DNA of 64,000 nucleotides from Actinomycetota bacterium (GTDB taxonomy: Bacteria; Actinomycetota; Actinomycetes; Actinomycetales; Microbacteriaceae): assembly GCA_013297625.1 (NCBI GenBank), contig JAAFHT010000001.1, positions 2,200 to 66,199 of the forward strand, given 5' to 3'. The notes under the pieces are model-generated. The model saw only the letters and a list, made by a program, of their open reading frames with translations, had not been told where the DNA came from and ran no database searches. The position numbers were made by a program, and so were the translations under genes. Below are positions 1 to 9,904 of the stretch, piece by piece; the first letter of the stretch is position 1; each line of letters opens with the position of its first letter.

Positions 1-169
1 ACGCCCGCATCACAATTCGGGCCGGGTTCGACTTTCGTCATACCAAAGGCCTAGGCTGGAAGGCTTCGCTCGGCCACCCCGGGTGAGGCTGCGCGAGCTG
101 TGCCCGCGCACGCCAGCCACCGCCACACCGCGACCGCCACAAGCGGCCGCGGCCAATCGAGGACGCACC

Positions 170-2092
170 GTGTCGACGACGAAACCAGATCAGCCCCGCC
201 TGAGCACCTTTCGGGCGATCGCGCGTATCTACCCTTATGCGAAGCCCGCCATGCCGTGGATCTATGCCGGCATGGCTGCGGCGCTCGCCGCCGGGGTGAT
301 CGCTCTCGTCATTCCGCTCGTGCTGCAAGGACTCGTTGACGGCCCGCTGTCGACGCGCGACCCCAGCCAGATCTGGCCCGCCGCGATCGCCGTGCTCGTG
401 CTCGGCGTGCTCGAGGCCGTCTTCATCATGCTGCGCCGCTTCTTCGTGCTCACGCCCGGCACCCACATCGAGGCGCGCATGCGCAACGCCCTCTACGCGC
501 ACTTGCAAGACCTGCCGGTCGCGTTCCACGACCGCTGGCAGTCGGGGCAGCTGCTGAGCCGCGCGGTGAGCGACCTCAATTTGATCCGGCGTTGGTTGTC
601 GTTCGGCTTCGTGCTGCTCATCGTCAACGGCATCACGATCATCATCGGCTTCGTCGTGCTCATCAACTGGAGCCTCTGGCTGGGTGTGCTGTTTCTCGTG
701 GCGAGCATCCCGCTCTGGATCTATGGCTACCTCTTCGAGAACAAGTACTCCGTCATCGCGCGGCGTGCGCAAGACCAGCAGGGCGACCTCGCTACGGCGG
801 TCGAAGAGAGCGTGCACGGCATCCGCGTGCTCAAGGCCTTCGGGCGCGGCAAGCACTCGCTGCTGAAGTTTGCCGACCAGGCCGAGCTGCTGCGCGCCAC
901 CGAGATCGAGAAGGCCAAGGCCATCGCGGGCATTTGGTTCTGGCTCATCCTGATTCCCGACGTGGCGTTCGCTCTCTGCTTGTTGGGCGGTGTTGCCCTC
1001 GCGGCCGCGGGCGAGCTCACGGTGGGCGAGCTCTTCGCGTTCTTCGCCACGGCGACCGTGTTGCGCTTTCCGATCGAGTCGATCGGCTTCTTGCTCTCGA
1101 TGACCTACGACACGCGCACGGCCGTCGACCGCTACTTCGAGGTCTTGGACGAAATCAACGCCATCACCGACCCCGAATCGCCGGCCACGATCACCGTACC
1201 GCGCGGCCGCCTCACGTTCGAGAACGTGGTCTTCCGGTATCAGGATGCTCCCGCCGACCAACCCGGAACCCTCAACGGCATCACCCTCGAACTCGAACCC
1301 GGCGAGACCATGGCCCTCGTCGGCATCACGGGCAGCGGCAAGACCACGCTCACGGCGCTCACGACGCGACTGTATGACGTCACCTCGGGGCGGATTCTCA
1401 TCGACGGCGTCGACATTCGCGAGCTCACGCGCGAAGAATTGCGCCGTCACATCGCGATGGCGTTCGAAGACGCCACGCTCTTCTCGGCGAGTGTGCGCGA
1501 CAACGTGCTGCTCGGCAGGCCCGAACTCACCGAGGCTGACACGCCTGAGGCGGCTGCCGAAGCCGAGCGCGTGCTCGCCGAGGCCCTCGACATCGCTCAG
1601 GCCGAGTTTGTGCACAGCCTGCCCGACGGCATCGAAACGACTGTGGGTGAAGAGGGCTTGAGCCTCTCAGGCGGTCAGCGCCAGCGGCTCGCGCTCGCAC
1701 GCGCCGTCGCGGCGAACCCCGCCGTGCTCGTGCTCGACGACCCGCTGAGCGCGCTCGATGTGGACACGGAGGCGCTTGTCGAGGCGGCGCTGCGTCGGGT
1801 GCTCGCGACGACCACGGGCCTCATCGTCGCGCACCGACCATCCACCGTGCAGATGGCTGACCGCGTTGCCCTGCTGCAAGAGGGCCGCATCACCGATGTC
1901 GGAACCCACGGCGAACTGCTCAAGCGCAACGAGCACTACCGCTACGTCATTTCGTCGCTCGAAGACGAAGAGCTCGCGGCGGCCGAGCGCGCTGACCGCG
2001 ATCTCAAGCTCGCCGAACAAGAGGGCCGGCGCCGTGATGCGATCGACCGAGAGAGCCGCGTTATCGAGCAGGAAGGCGAGGTGACCCGATGA
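170..2092 (+). CDS. ABC exporter, fused permease/ATP-binding subunit (first of a pair)
   Basis: ORF 83..2092. Hydrophobic six-span N-terminal half, then Walker [10 protein letters not shown], signature LSGGQRQR and Walker B VLVLDDP. Start trimmed to in-frame GTG 170 behind GAGGA (158-162). Confidence 0.9.
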   Translation: MSTTKPDQPRLSTFRAIARIYPYAKPAMPWIYAGMAAALAAGVIALVIPLVLQGLVDGPLSTRDPSQIWPAAIAVLVLGVLEAVFIMLRRFFVLTPGTHIEARMRNALYAHLQDLPVAFHDRWQSGQLLSRAVSDLNLIRRWLSFGFVLLIVNGITIIIGFVVLINWSLWLGVLFLVASIPLWIYGYLFENKYSVIARRAQDQQGDLATAVEESVHGIRVLKAFGRGKHSLLKFADQAELLRATEIEKAKAIAGIWFWLILIPDVAFALCLLGGVALAAAGELTVGELFAFFATATVLRFPIESIGFLLSMTYDTRTAVDRYFEVLDEINAITDPESPATITVPRGRLTFENVVFRYQDAPADQPGTLNGITLELEPGETMALVGITGSGKTTLTALTTRLYDVTSGRILIDGVDIRELTREELRRHIAMAFEDATLFSASVRDNVLLGRPELTEADTPEAAAEAERVLAEALDIAQAEFVHSLPDGIETTVGEEGLSLSGGQRQRLALARAVAANPAVLVLDDPLSALDVDTEALVEAALRRVLATTTGLIVAHRPSTVQMADRVALLQEGRITDVGTHGELLKRNEHYRYVISSLEDEELAAAERADRDLKLAEQEGRRRDAIDRESRVIEQEGEVTR

Positions 2093-3897
2093 GCGTCACC
2101 GGTGTTGACGGCGAAGAGCGCGACGACTTCTCGCGCGCCGAGTCGAAGAGCATGCGGGCGCGCTCACTACGTCTGTTGGGCTCGCTCGTGCGACCCGTGC
2201 GCGGGCGCATCGCGCTCACGATGATTGTCATCGTCATCTCGATCGCGTTGCAGGTCGCGGGGCCGTGGCTCTTGGCGGTCGGCATCAACCAGGGCCTGCC
2301 CGCTCTGCTCGATCAGAACGACTGGATGCCGATTGGGCTCGTCGTTGCCGCCTACCTGTTCAGCGGCATCGCGGGTGCCGGGCTCATCGCCGTGTACCAG
2401 GTCATGAGCGCGCGCCTCAGTCAAGAGATCTTGCTCGATCTGCGCAAGCGCGTTTTCTTGCACACGCAGCGGCTCTCGCTCGAGTTTCACGAGTCGTACA
2501 CCTCGGGCCGCATCATCGCGCGGCAAACGAGCGACCTCGACTCCATTCGTGAGTTGCTTGACTCGGGGCTCAACCAGCTTGTCTCGGGGCTCATCTACAT
2601 GGGCTTCACGGCAGCGGCGCTCGTGCTTCTCGACCCGACCTCGGGGCTCGTGCTCGCAGTCTCGCTGATTCCCCTGCTGTTGCTCACGCGCTGGTTCCAA
2701 GTGCGCTCGCAAACCCTGTTTCGCCAGACCCGCGTGGCGTCGGCCCGCCTGATCGTGCACTTCGTCGAGACCATGACGGGCATCCGTGCCGTCAAGGCCT
2801 TCAGAAAAGAGCCGCGCAACGCACGCCAATTCGCCGGCCACGTCGAGGACTACCGGCACGCCAACGCGCGCGTTATTCAGCTCTTCGGAATCTTCGACCC
2901 GGGGCTCGTGCTCATCGGCAACGTCACGGTCGCGGCCGTGCTCGTGGTCGGCGCGTTCCGCGTCGTCGAAGGCGACCTGCTCGTCGGCTCGCTGCTCGCG
3001 ATCGTGCTCTACACGCGGCGGTTCTTCGACCCCGCCGAAGAGATGGCGATGTTCTACAACTCGTACCAGTCGGCCGCCGCCGCGCTCGAAAAAATCTCGG
3101 GTGTGCTCGAAGAGAAGCCGAGCGTGCCTGACCCAACAACACCCATCGACCTGTGGAAGGCGCGCGGCACCGTGCACTTCGACAAGGTGCGCTTCTCGTA
3201 CAACGACGACGCCGTGGTGTTGCCCGATCTCGAGCTCACGATTCCGGCGGGGCAGACGATCGCGCTCGTGGGCACGACCGGTGCCGGCAAGTCGACGCTC
3301 GCCAAGCTCATCGCGCGGTTCTACGACCCCACCGAGGGCGCCGTGACGCTCGACGACGTTGACCTGCGCAAGCTGCACCCGAAAGACCTGCGGCGCGCGA
3401 TCGTCATGGTGACGCAAGAGGCGTACCTGTTCTCGGGCACCGTGGCCGACAACATTGCGCTCGGCAACCCCGAGGCGAGTCGCGAGCAAATCGTGGCGGC
3501 AGCGAAAGCTGTTGGGGCCCACGACTTCATCGAGTCGCTGCCCCAGGGGTATGAGACCGACGTCAACAAGCGCGGCGGTCGCGTCTCGGCGGGGCAGCGG
3601 CAGTTGATCTCGTTCGCGCGCGCGTTCTTGGCCGACCCCGTCGTGCTGATTCTCGATGAAGCCACGGCCTCGCTCGATATTCCGAGCGAGCGCCTTGTGC
3701 AGCTCGGCCTGCAGACGCTGCTCGCTGATCGCACCGCGGTGATCATCGCGCACCGACTCTCGACCGTCGCGATCGCCGACCGCGTGCTCGTCATGGAGCA
3801 CGGTCGCGTCATCGAAGACGGCACGCCCGCCGAGCTCATCGCGGGCACGGGCAAGTTTGCGCAGTTGCACGCGGCCTGGCGCGAGTCGCTCGTGTAG
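2089..3897 (+). CDS. ABC exporter, fused permease/ATP-binding subunit (second of a pair)
   Basis: ATGA overlap with the upstream gene. Walker [10 protein letters not shown], signature VSAGQRQL, Walker B LILDEAT. Confidence 0.9.
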   Translation: MSVTGVDGEERDDFSRAESKSMRARSLRLLGSLVRPVRGRIALTMIVIVISIALQVAGPWLLAVGINQGLPALLDQNDWMPIGLVVAAYLFSGIAGAGLIAVYQVMSARLSQEILLDLRKRVFLHTQRLSLEFHESYTSGRIIARQTSDLDSIRELLDSGLNQLVSGLIYMGFTAAALVLLDPTSGLVLAVSLIPLLLLTRWFQVRSQTLFRQTRVASARLIVHFVETMTGIRAVKAFRKEPRNARQFAGHVEDYRHANARVIQLFGIFDPGLVLIGNVTVAAVLVVGAFRVVEGDLLVGSLLAIVLYTRRFFDPAEEMAMFYNSYQSAAAALEKISGVLEEKPSVPDPTTPIDLWKARGTVHFDKVRFSYNDDAVVLPDLELTIPAGQTIALVGTTGAGKSTLAKLIARFYDPTEGAVTLDDVDLRKLHPKDLRRAIVMVTQEAYLFSGTVADNIALGNPEASREQIVAAAKAVGAHDFIESLPQGYETDVNKRGGRVSAGQRQLISFARAFLADPVVLILDEATASLDIPSERLVQLGLQTLLADRTAVIIAHRLSTVAIADRVLVMEHGRVIEDGTPAELIAGTGKFAQLHAAWRESLV

Positions 3898-5175
3898 GTG
3901 CGTTCACGACGGCTCGGTAGGGTTCGCGGTGTGAGCGATCAGCCGACGGATGCTGCGCCCGAGCCCAGTGAGGCCCTCGAGCCCGCGCGGCCGAAGGGCA
4001 CCCCGCTCGAGGTGCTGCGCGCATTCACGGTGTTCGGCCTCACGTCGTTCGGTGGACCCGTGGCACACCTCGGCTACTTTCGCGAGCAGCTCGTGGTCCG
4101 CCGCCGGTGGATCACCGAGCAGGCCTACGGCGAGCTCGTCGCCCTGGCGCAGTTCGTCCCGGGCCCGGCGTCGAGCCAAGTGGGGTTCGTGCTCGGGGTG
4201 CATCGGGCGGGGTGGCTCGGGGGGCTCGCCGCGTTCCTCGCGTTCACGCTGCCAAGCGCGGTACTGCTCGTGCTCGTGGCCTTCGGGGCACCGTTGCTCG
4301 AGGGCCCGCTCGCCGAAGGGCTCATCGCCGGGCTGAAGGTCGTGGCCGTGGCGGTCGTGGCGCACGCGGTGTGGGGCATGGCGCGCACGCTGACTCCTGA
4401 CCTGCGCCGCGCGGCGATTGCCGTGGCCGCGGGTCTGGTCGTGCTTCTCGTCGGCGTGGGGTGGGCGCCGCTGGCGGCGATCGCGCTCGGGGCCGCCCTG
4501 GGTCTCGTGCTGTGCCGGGGAGCAGGGGCGGACGAGGGGCGAGCGCTGAGCATCCCGATCTCTCGTCATGCGGGGGCCGCGTGCCTCATCGCGCTCGGGG
4601 CGTTGCTCGTGGCGCTGCCGGTGCTCGCCGCGCTCATTCCGAGCCAGCCACTCGCGGTCGCCGACGCGTTCGCGCGCGCGGGAGCCCTGGTGTTTGGTGG
4701 CGGGCACGTCGTGCTGCCGTTGCTCGAGTCCGCGGTGGTGGAGCCGGGCTGGGTGACCGAGTCGCAATTTCTCGCCGGCTATGGCGCCGCGCAAGCCGTG
4801 CCCGGGCCGCTCTTCACGTTTGCCGCCTACCTGGGCGCCGCGATGGCCCCCGGCGTCGAGGGTCTGGTGCTGGCCGGCATCGCGCTCGTCGCGATTTTCG
4901 TTCCGGGCCTGCTGCTCATCATCGGCGTGCTGCCGTTCTGGTCGGCGCTGGAGGCACGACCCGCGGTGCGTGCCCTCGTGCGCGGAGCGAGTGCCGCCGT
5001 TGTGGGCGTGCTCGCCGCGACGCTCTACGACCCCGTGGCGACAAGCGCGCTCGTCGACGTTCCGACCGTGACGCTCGCGGTGCTGTGCACGGTGCTGCTC
5101 ATGGTCGTGCGCGTGCCGGCGTGGGCCGTGGTGCTCGTGGGCGCTGGCGGCGGGATGCTCGTCGCGGCGTTCTGA
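3898..5175 (+). CDS. chrA: chromate ion transporter (CHR family)
   Basis: FGLTSFGGPVAHLGYFREQ...FVPGPASSQVGF in the first half and ALVFGGGHVVLPLL...AVPGPLFTFAAYLG in the second half, the internal duplication typical of ChrA. GTG 3898 directly abuts the upstream stop; GTG 3931 is an alternative start. Confidence 0.8.
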   Translation: MRSRRLGRVRGVSDQPTDAAPEPSEALEPARPKGTPLEVLRAFTVFGLTSFGGPVAHLGYFREQLVVRRRWITEQAYGELVALAQFVPGPASSQVGFVLGVHRAGWLGGLAAFLAFTLPSAVLLVLVAFGAPLLEGPLAEGLIAGLKVVAVAVVAHAVWGMARTLTPDLRRAAIAVAAGLVVLLVGVGWAPLAAIALGAALGLVLCRGAGADEGRALSIPISRHAGAACLIALGALLVALPVLAALIPSQPLAVADAFARAGALVFGGGHVVLPLLESAVVEPGWVTESQFLAGYGAAQAVPGPLFTFAAYLGAAMAPGVEGLVLAGIALVAIFVPGLLLIIGVLPFWSALEARPAVRALVRGASAAVVGVLAATLYDPVATSALVDVPTVTLAVLCTVLLMVVRVPAWAVVLVGAGGGMLVAAF

Positions 5176-5203
5176 CCGCGCGCGAGCATCCGCCCCGCAA
5201 CCG

Positions 5204-5701
5204 CTAGCGGCGGCGCAGCCCCGCGGTGTTCTCGGCGATCGCGACGAGCGCGACGTTGACCTCAACGATCATGCGCGCGAGCACGACGGCCACGAGAGTG
5301 GCAATGGGGGCAAGCACGATTGCGGCGAGAACTGTCAGCAGGCCCGGGATCGGTTGCCCGCCCGTCATGAGGCCGACACCCGTCACGACGATGCTGAAGA
5401 ACGCGACGAGGCCCGAGAGCACGATGCTGACGAGCAAGATCGCGTAGATGAAGCCTGCGATGCGACGCGTGATGAAGGTCGTGAAGCGAAAGTCGACGAG
5501 CGCGCGAAAGAAGCCGGGCGCGGCGCTCAAGTCGAGGGCCATCAGTTGCTCGGCGAGCGGCGTGGCTTCGGGCGCCGCGGCGGTGGGCGCAGCCGGCGCC
5601 GCTGCGGGCTGCGCGCTCGCGGGCTTGGCGGCCGCGGGCTTGGCGGGCGCAGCCTTCGCGGTCTTCGTCGCGCGAGGGGCGGGAGTGGTCGAGTCAGTCA
5701 C
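5204..5701 (-). CDS. DUF4282-like membrane protein with Ala/Pro-rich N-terminus
   Basis: LVDFRFTTFITRRIAGFIYAILLVSIVL motif plus further TM spans. Start placed at GTG 5701 behind GGAGG rather than at the ORF start 5749. Confidence 0.6.
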   Translation of the reverse strand: MTDSTTPAPRATKTAKAAPAKPAAAKPASAQPAAAPAAPTAAAPEATPLAEQLMALDLSAAPGFFRALVDFRFTTFITRRIAGFIYAILLVSIVLSGLVAFFSIVVTGVGLMTGGQPIPGLLTVLAAIVLAPIATLVAVVLARMIVEVNVALVAIAENTAGLRRR

Positions 5702-5773
5702 GAGAACCTCCGGGGTTCGGGATGCGCGGCGCTCGCCGCTCACCGGCACAGTAGCGCCGCTGGGGGCGCAGGG

Positions 5774-6097
5774 CTAGGAGGGCGCCCAGCGCGCCGCGCG
5801 CAGGTCAAGGCGATACGCGTGCGGGTCACTCCCTGCCGCGCCCGCGCGCAGGGGCGTGCCTTCTGCCCGATAGTGGGTGAGCGCCTCCGCCTCGTGCCCC
5901 TCAGGTGGCCGACCGTCGGCCCGCACCACTCGCCACCACGGAACGCTCGAGCCCTCGGTGGCCATGACGCGACCGACCGCTCGCGCGCCGCGCGAGCCCA
6001 GCTCGGCGGCGACATCGCCATAGGTCATGACGTGGCCCGGCGGAATATCGGCGACGACGAGCAAGACGGCCCCGCCGAAGTCGAGCGGTGCCGACAT
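5774..6097 (-). CDS. alkyltransferase-like (ATL) protein, MGMT-family DNA-binding domain without the catalytic Cys
   Basis: GHVMTYGDVAAELG...VPWWRVVRADGRP. The PCHR active-site Cys position is Trp (PWWRV). TGATG overlap with the upstream GNAT gene. Confidence 0.75.
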   Translation of the reverse strand: MSAPLDFGGAVLLVVADIPPGHVMTYGDVAAELGSRGARAVGRVMATEGSSVPWWRVVRADGRPPEGHEAEALTHYRAEGTPLRAGAAGSDPHAYRLDLRAARWAPS

Positions 6098-6549
6098 CAG
6101 ATGGTCAGCGCGCCGATCTTCTCGCCGTACTCGGTGTCGCCGGTCTCGACGAAGCCGATGTGGCGGAAGAAGTCACCCGGGCCATCGTCTCCGGTCTCCC
6201 AGATGACGGTGACGGTGTGGAATCCGCGCTGACGCGCTTCGTCGGCGAGGGCGTGCACGGCGAACTTGCCGATGCCGCGGCCTTGAGCCGTGGCATCCAC
6301 ATTGATGCGCCAAATGCAGCTGCGAAACTCGGGTTTGGGGCTGTCGGCGTCGAAGTTGCCGCGAATGAAGCCCACGACGTCGTCATCGTCGAGCACGACA
6401 CGTGCCCACGTGGTCGTGGGGTTGACGTAGGCGTCAGCGGCCGAATACGACACGGGCGTGACGAACTGTTCTTGGCCCGGTCTCAAGGTCAGGCGGTTCG
6501 CCGCCACGATGGTCTTGGCCGAGAGCTCTTCGAGTCTTAAGGTCCCCAT
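6097..6549 (-). CDS. GNAT family N-acetyltransferase
   Basis: 150 aa. The Q/RxxGxG-type acetyl-CoA loop AQGRGIGKFAV lies in a GNAT-sized protein. Confidence 0.8.
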   Translation of the reverse strand: MGTLRLEELSAKTIVAANRLTLRPGQEQFVTPVSYSAADAYVNPTTTWARVVLDDDDVVGFIRGNFDADSPKPEFRSCIWRINVDATAQGRGIGKFAVHALADEARQRGFHTVTVIWETGDDGPGDFFRHIGFVETGDTEYGEKIGALTI

Positions 6550-6593
6550 GCTCCCCAGGGTAGACGGTGCCTCCGATCTCGGGGGCGACTATG

Positions 6594-6611
6594 TATCTCG
6601 ACATCGAGATA
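6594..6611. promoter_or_regulatory. perfect inverted repeat TATCTCGA-CA-TCGAGATA in a divergent promoter region
   Basis: Read directly. Lies between the GNAT start (6549) and the icd start (6672). A TAGGCT -10-like hexamer follows. Confidence 0.3.
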
Positions 6612-6671
6612 ACGGCCTCGAGGAGAGTAGGCTCGCTCGCGGTACATCACTGACGGAAAGGCACCCACCCC

Positions 6672-7886
6672 GTGCAAAAGATCAAGGTCGAAGGAACGGT
6701 CGTCGAGCTCGACGGCGACGAGATGACCCGCATTATTTGGCAGTTCATCAAAGACCGCCTCATTCACCCCTACCTCGACGTCACGCTCGAGTACTACGAC
6801 CTCGGCATCGAGAACCGCGACGCGACCGACGACCAGGTCACGATCGACGCCGCGCATGCGATCATCAAGCACGGCGTGGGCGTCAAGTGCGCCACGATCA
6901 CGCCCGACGAGGCCCGTGTTGAAGAGTTCGGCCTCAAGAAGATGTGGAAGAGCCCGAACGGCACGATCCGCAACATCATCGGCGGCGTCATCTTCCGTGA
7001 GCCCATCGTCATCTCGAACATCCCGCGCCTCGTGCCCGGCTGGAACAAGCCCATCATCATCGGCCGTCACGCTTTCGGTGACCAGTACCGCGCCACCGAC
7101 TTCCGCTTCGAGGGCAAGGGCACGCTCACGGTCGAGTTCACGCCCGACGACGGCTCAGAGCCGCTGAAGTTTGAGGTCTACCAGTCGCCCGGCAGCGGTG
7201 TTGCCCAGGTGCAGTACAACCTCGACGAGTCGATTCGCGACTTCGCGCGCGCCTCGCTCAACTATGGCCTCGCCCGCAACTACCCCGTCTACCTCTCGAC
7301 CAAGAACACGATTCTCAAGGCCTACGACGGTCGCTTCAAAGACCTCTTCGAAGAGATCTTTGAGGCCGAGTTCAAGGCCCAGTTCGAGGCCGCGGGCATC
7401 ACCTACGAGCACCGCCTTATCGACGACATGGTCGCCTCGGCCATGAAGTGGGAGGGCGGCTACGTCTGGGCGTGCAAGAACTACGACGGCGATGTGCAGA
7501 GCGACACCGTGGCGCAGGGCTATGGCTCGCTCGGGCTCATGACGAGTGTGCTCACGAGCCCCGACGGCAAGGTCGTTGAGGCCGAGGCCGCGCACGGCAC
7601 GGTCACGCGCCACTACCGCATGCACCAGCAGGGCAAGCCCACCTCGACGAACCCGATCGCGTCGATCTTCGCGTGGACGCGTGGCCTCATGCACCGCGGC
7701 AAGCTCGACGGCAACCAGGCGCTCATCACCTTTGCCGAGACCCTCGAAGACGTCGTCATTACGACGGTCGAGAGCGGCGCGATGACGAAAGACCTCGCGA
7801 TTCTCATCAGCGCCGAGCAGCCGTTCCTCACGACAGAGGCCTTCTTGGCCGCGATCGACGAGAACCTGAAGTCGCGCTTGGCCTAA
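6672..7886 (+). CDS. icd: NADP-dependent isocitrate dehydrogenase (eukaryote-like homodimeric type)
   Basis: [31 protein letters not shown]... and full-length similarity to the IDH1/IDH2-type family. Confidence 0.95.
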   Translation: MQKIKVEGTVVELDGDEMTRIIWQFIKDRLIHPYLDVTLEYYDLGIENRDATDDQVTIDAAHAIIKHGVGVKCATITPDEARVEEFGLKKMWKSPNGTIRNIIGGVIFREPIVISNIPRLVPGWNKPIIIGRHAFGDQYRATDFRFEGKGTLTVEFTPDDGSEPLKFEVYQSPGSGVAQVQYNLDESIRDFARASLNYGLARNYPVYLSTKNTILKAYDGRFKDLFEEIFEAEFKAQFEAAGITYEHRLIDDMVASAMKWEGGYVWACKNYDGDVQSDTVAQGYGSLGLMTSVLTSPDGKVVEAEAAHGTVTRHYRMHQQGKPTSTNPIASIFAWTRGLMHRGKLDGNQALITFAETLEDVVITTVESGAMTKDLAILISAEQPFLTTEAFLAAIDENLKSRLA

Positions 7887-7905
7887 GGGTGCGCTGATTC
7901 ACCGC

Positions 7906-7932
7906 ATGCCCGGGGCTGCGTGCCTCGGGCAT
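7906..7932 (+). terminator. GC-rich hairpin after icd
   Basis: ATGCCCGGGG-CTGCGTG-CCTCGGGCAT, 10 bp with one G-U pair, 20 nt after the icd stop. No clean U tract. Confidence 0.4.
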
Positions 7933-8008
7933 CCGTCGTCTTCGCTGCCGGCAGTTGCCAGGCCCAACGGCACTGGCGACAGCCAGGGTGGGGGAGTAGA
8001 CCTAGGGC

Positions 8009-9904
8009 ATGACTCGACTTGTCGCGCTCGTTCGCCGCTTTCCGCTCGTCGCCGTGACGATCGGCATCGGGCTCGCCGCGGCCGCGCTCGTCGCCGCAGG
8101 GCTCGAGCCCGCAGCGCGCTGGGTGATCTCGCTCTACGCGCTCGCGATCGCCGGTGTCGAGGCCGTGCGCATGATTCGCGGGCTGCTTTCGAAGCAGTTC
8201 GGCCTCGACATTCTCGCTGTCACGGCCATCGTCAGCACGATCGCGGTGGGCGAATACTGGGCGAGTTTGCTCATCGTGCTCATGCTCACGGGCGGCGAAG
8301 CACTCGAGGTCGCGGCGGCGGGCCGCGCCCAGCGCGAGTTGCGGTCGTTGCTCGACCGCGTGCCACAACTCGCGCACCGCGTCGAGGCCCACGGCGAGGT
8401 TGTCGATGTGCCGGCAGACGAGGTGCGCGTGGGCGACCGACTGCTCGTGCGCCCCGCTGAGATCGTGGCGGTGGATGCCGAGCTCGCCAGCGAGCTCGGA
8501 GGCTTCGACGAGTCATCGCTCACGGGCGAGAGTCTGCCGGTCGAGAAGGTGGCGGGCGACACGGTGCTCAGTGGCTCGGTCAATGGCCCCGTCGCGGTCG
8601 AGGTTGTCGCGACGGCACTCGCGGCTGACTCGCAGTACCAACGTATTGTCGAGCTCGTGCGCGAGGCGACGAGCAGCAAGGCTCCGATCGTGCGGCTGGC
8701 CGACCGCTATGCCCTGCCCTTCACCGCCGTGTCGCTCGCGATCGCCGGAATCGCGTGGGCCCTCAGCGGCGACCCCGTCCGCTTCGCCGAAGTGCTCGTC
8801 GTCGCAACGCCGTGCCCCCTGCTCATCGCCGCCCCCGTCGCCTTCATGGGCGGCATGAGTAGCGCCGCGAAACGCGGCATCGTCATGAAGAATGCGGGCT
8901 CGCTCGAAAAGCTCGCCCGCGCCCGCACGGTCGCCTTCGACAAGACCGGAACCCTGACGGTGGGTCGACCCGCGGTCGTCGGCGCGCACGCCGAGCCGGG
9001 GTTCACCGAGACCGAGCTCGTGCAGTACGTCGGGTCAGCAGAGCGCTACTCGTCGCACGTGCTCGCCGAGTCGCTGCAGCGCGCCGCCCTCGACCGCGGT
9101 CTGCCGCTACTCGACTCTGCCGACGCTCGTGACGTCGCCGCCCACGGCGTGATCGCGACCATCGAGGGCCGCGAGGTCGTGGTCGGTAAACCCGCCTTCG
9201 TGGGCGGTCACGCGCCTGACCTCGTGCCGCGCCCCGGCGCGAGCGGTGAAGCCGTCATCTACGCGTCGATCGACGGTCGCTTCGCCGGTGTTGTGGTGCT
9301 GCGGGATGCCGTGCGCACCGATGCCGCCGACACTCTTGCCGCCCTGCGCGCCCTCGGAGTCACCCGCACCCTCATGGTCACGGGCGACGTTGCCGCCACG
9401 GCCGAACCCATCGCGACGGGCCTGGGCATCACCGAGGTGCACGCCGAGTGCTTGCCCGACGACAAAGTGCGCATCATTCGCGAGGCGCAACCGCGGCCCG
9501 TTGTCATGGTCGGCGATGGTGTCAACGACGCGCCCGTGCTCGCGGTGAGCGACGTGGGCATCGCCATGGGGGCGAAAGGCTCGACGGCCGCGAGCGAGTC
9601 GGCCGACGTCGTTATTCTTCTCGACGACATCGCGCGCGTCGCCCGCGCCGTCGCCATTGGGCAGCGCACGGTGCGCATCGCGCTGCAGAGCATCTGGCTG
9701 GGCATTGCCATTTCGATTGCGCTCATGCTCGTGGCCGCGGTGGGCCTGCTGCCCGCGATCGCCGGAGCCGCCCTGCAAGAGGTGGTCGACCTCATCTCGA
9801 TCGTCGGCGCCTTGCGCGCCGTGCGCGCGGGTGCCGCGCCCGTGCCGGGGCTCGACGCTCCGGTGCGGCAGCCCGATCGTGTGCGCGAGCCTGCGCTGAG
9901 TTAG
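8009..9904 (+). CDS. P1B-type heavy-metal ATPase, core-only, TPCP transmembrane motif
   Basis: TGES, DKTGTLT and GDGVNDAP motifs. The TM6 motif is ATPCPLL instead of CPC. There is no N-terminal HMA domain and no C-terminal extension. Confidence 0.9.
   Translation: MTRLVALVRRFPLVAVTIGIGLAAAALVAAGLEPAARWVISLYALAIAGVEAVRMIRGLLSKQFGLDILAVTAIVSTIAVGEYWASLLIVLMLTGGEALEVAAAGRAQRELRSLLDRVPQLAHRVEAHGEVVDVPADEVRVGDRLLVRPAEIVAVDAELASELGGFDESSLTGESLPVEKVAGDTVLSGSVNGPVAVEVVATALAADSQYQRIVELVREATSSKAPIVRLADRYALPFTAVSLAIAGIAWALSGDPVRFAEVLVVATPCPLLIAAPVAFMGGMSSAAKRGIVMKNAGSLEKLARARTVAFDKTGTLTVGRPAVVGAHAEPGFTETELVQYVGSAERYSSHVLAESLQRAALDRGLPLLDSADARDVAAHGVIATIEGREVVVGKPAFVGGHAPDLVPRPGASGEAVIYASIDGRFAGVVVLRDAVRTDAADTLAALRALGVTRTLMVTGDVAATAEPIATGLGITEVHAECLPDDKVRIIREAQPRPVVMVGDGVNDAPVLAVSDVGIAMGAKGSTAASESADVVILLDDIARVARAVAIGQRTVRIALQSIWLGIAISIALMLVAAVGLLPAIAGAALQEVVDLISIVGALRAVRAGAAPVPGLDAPVRQPDRVREPALS

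Noticed and set aside
38-1615. Long antisense or alternative-frame ORFs throughout the track. Examples are 38..1615(-), 2167..3870(-), 3904..5265(-), 36755..38314(-), 52465..54462(-), 47819..48907(-) and 34098..35234(+).
   Set aside because: They lie opposite or out of frame to genes with clear family motifs. Their products are Arg/Gly/Ala/Pro-rich and low-complexity with no motifs. Stop-codon scarcity at about 70% GC produces such ORFs by chance.
7990-8010. GGGGGAGTAG just upstream of the P1B ATPase resembles the conserved GGGGAGUAG of the yybP-ykoY Mn riboswitch.
   Set aside because: None of the other conserved elements (UUGACA-type loop, AGCAAGACC, four-way junction) are present, and the start codon follows within 10 nt. 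It is more likely an extended Shine-Dalgarno region.
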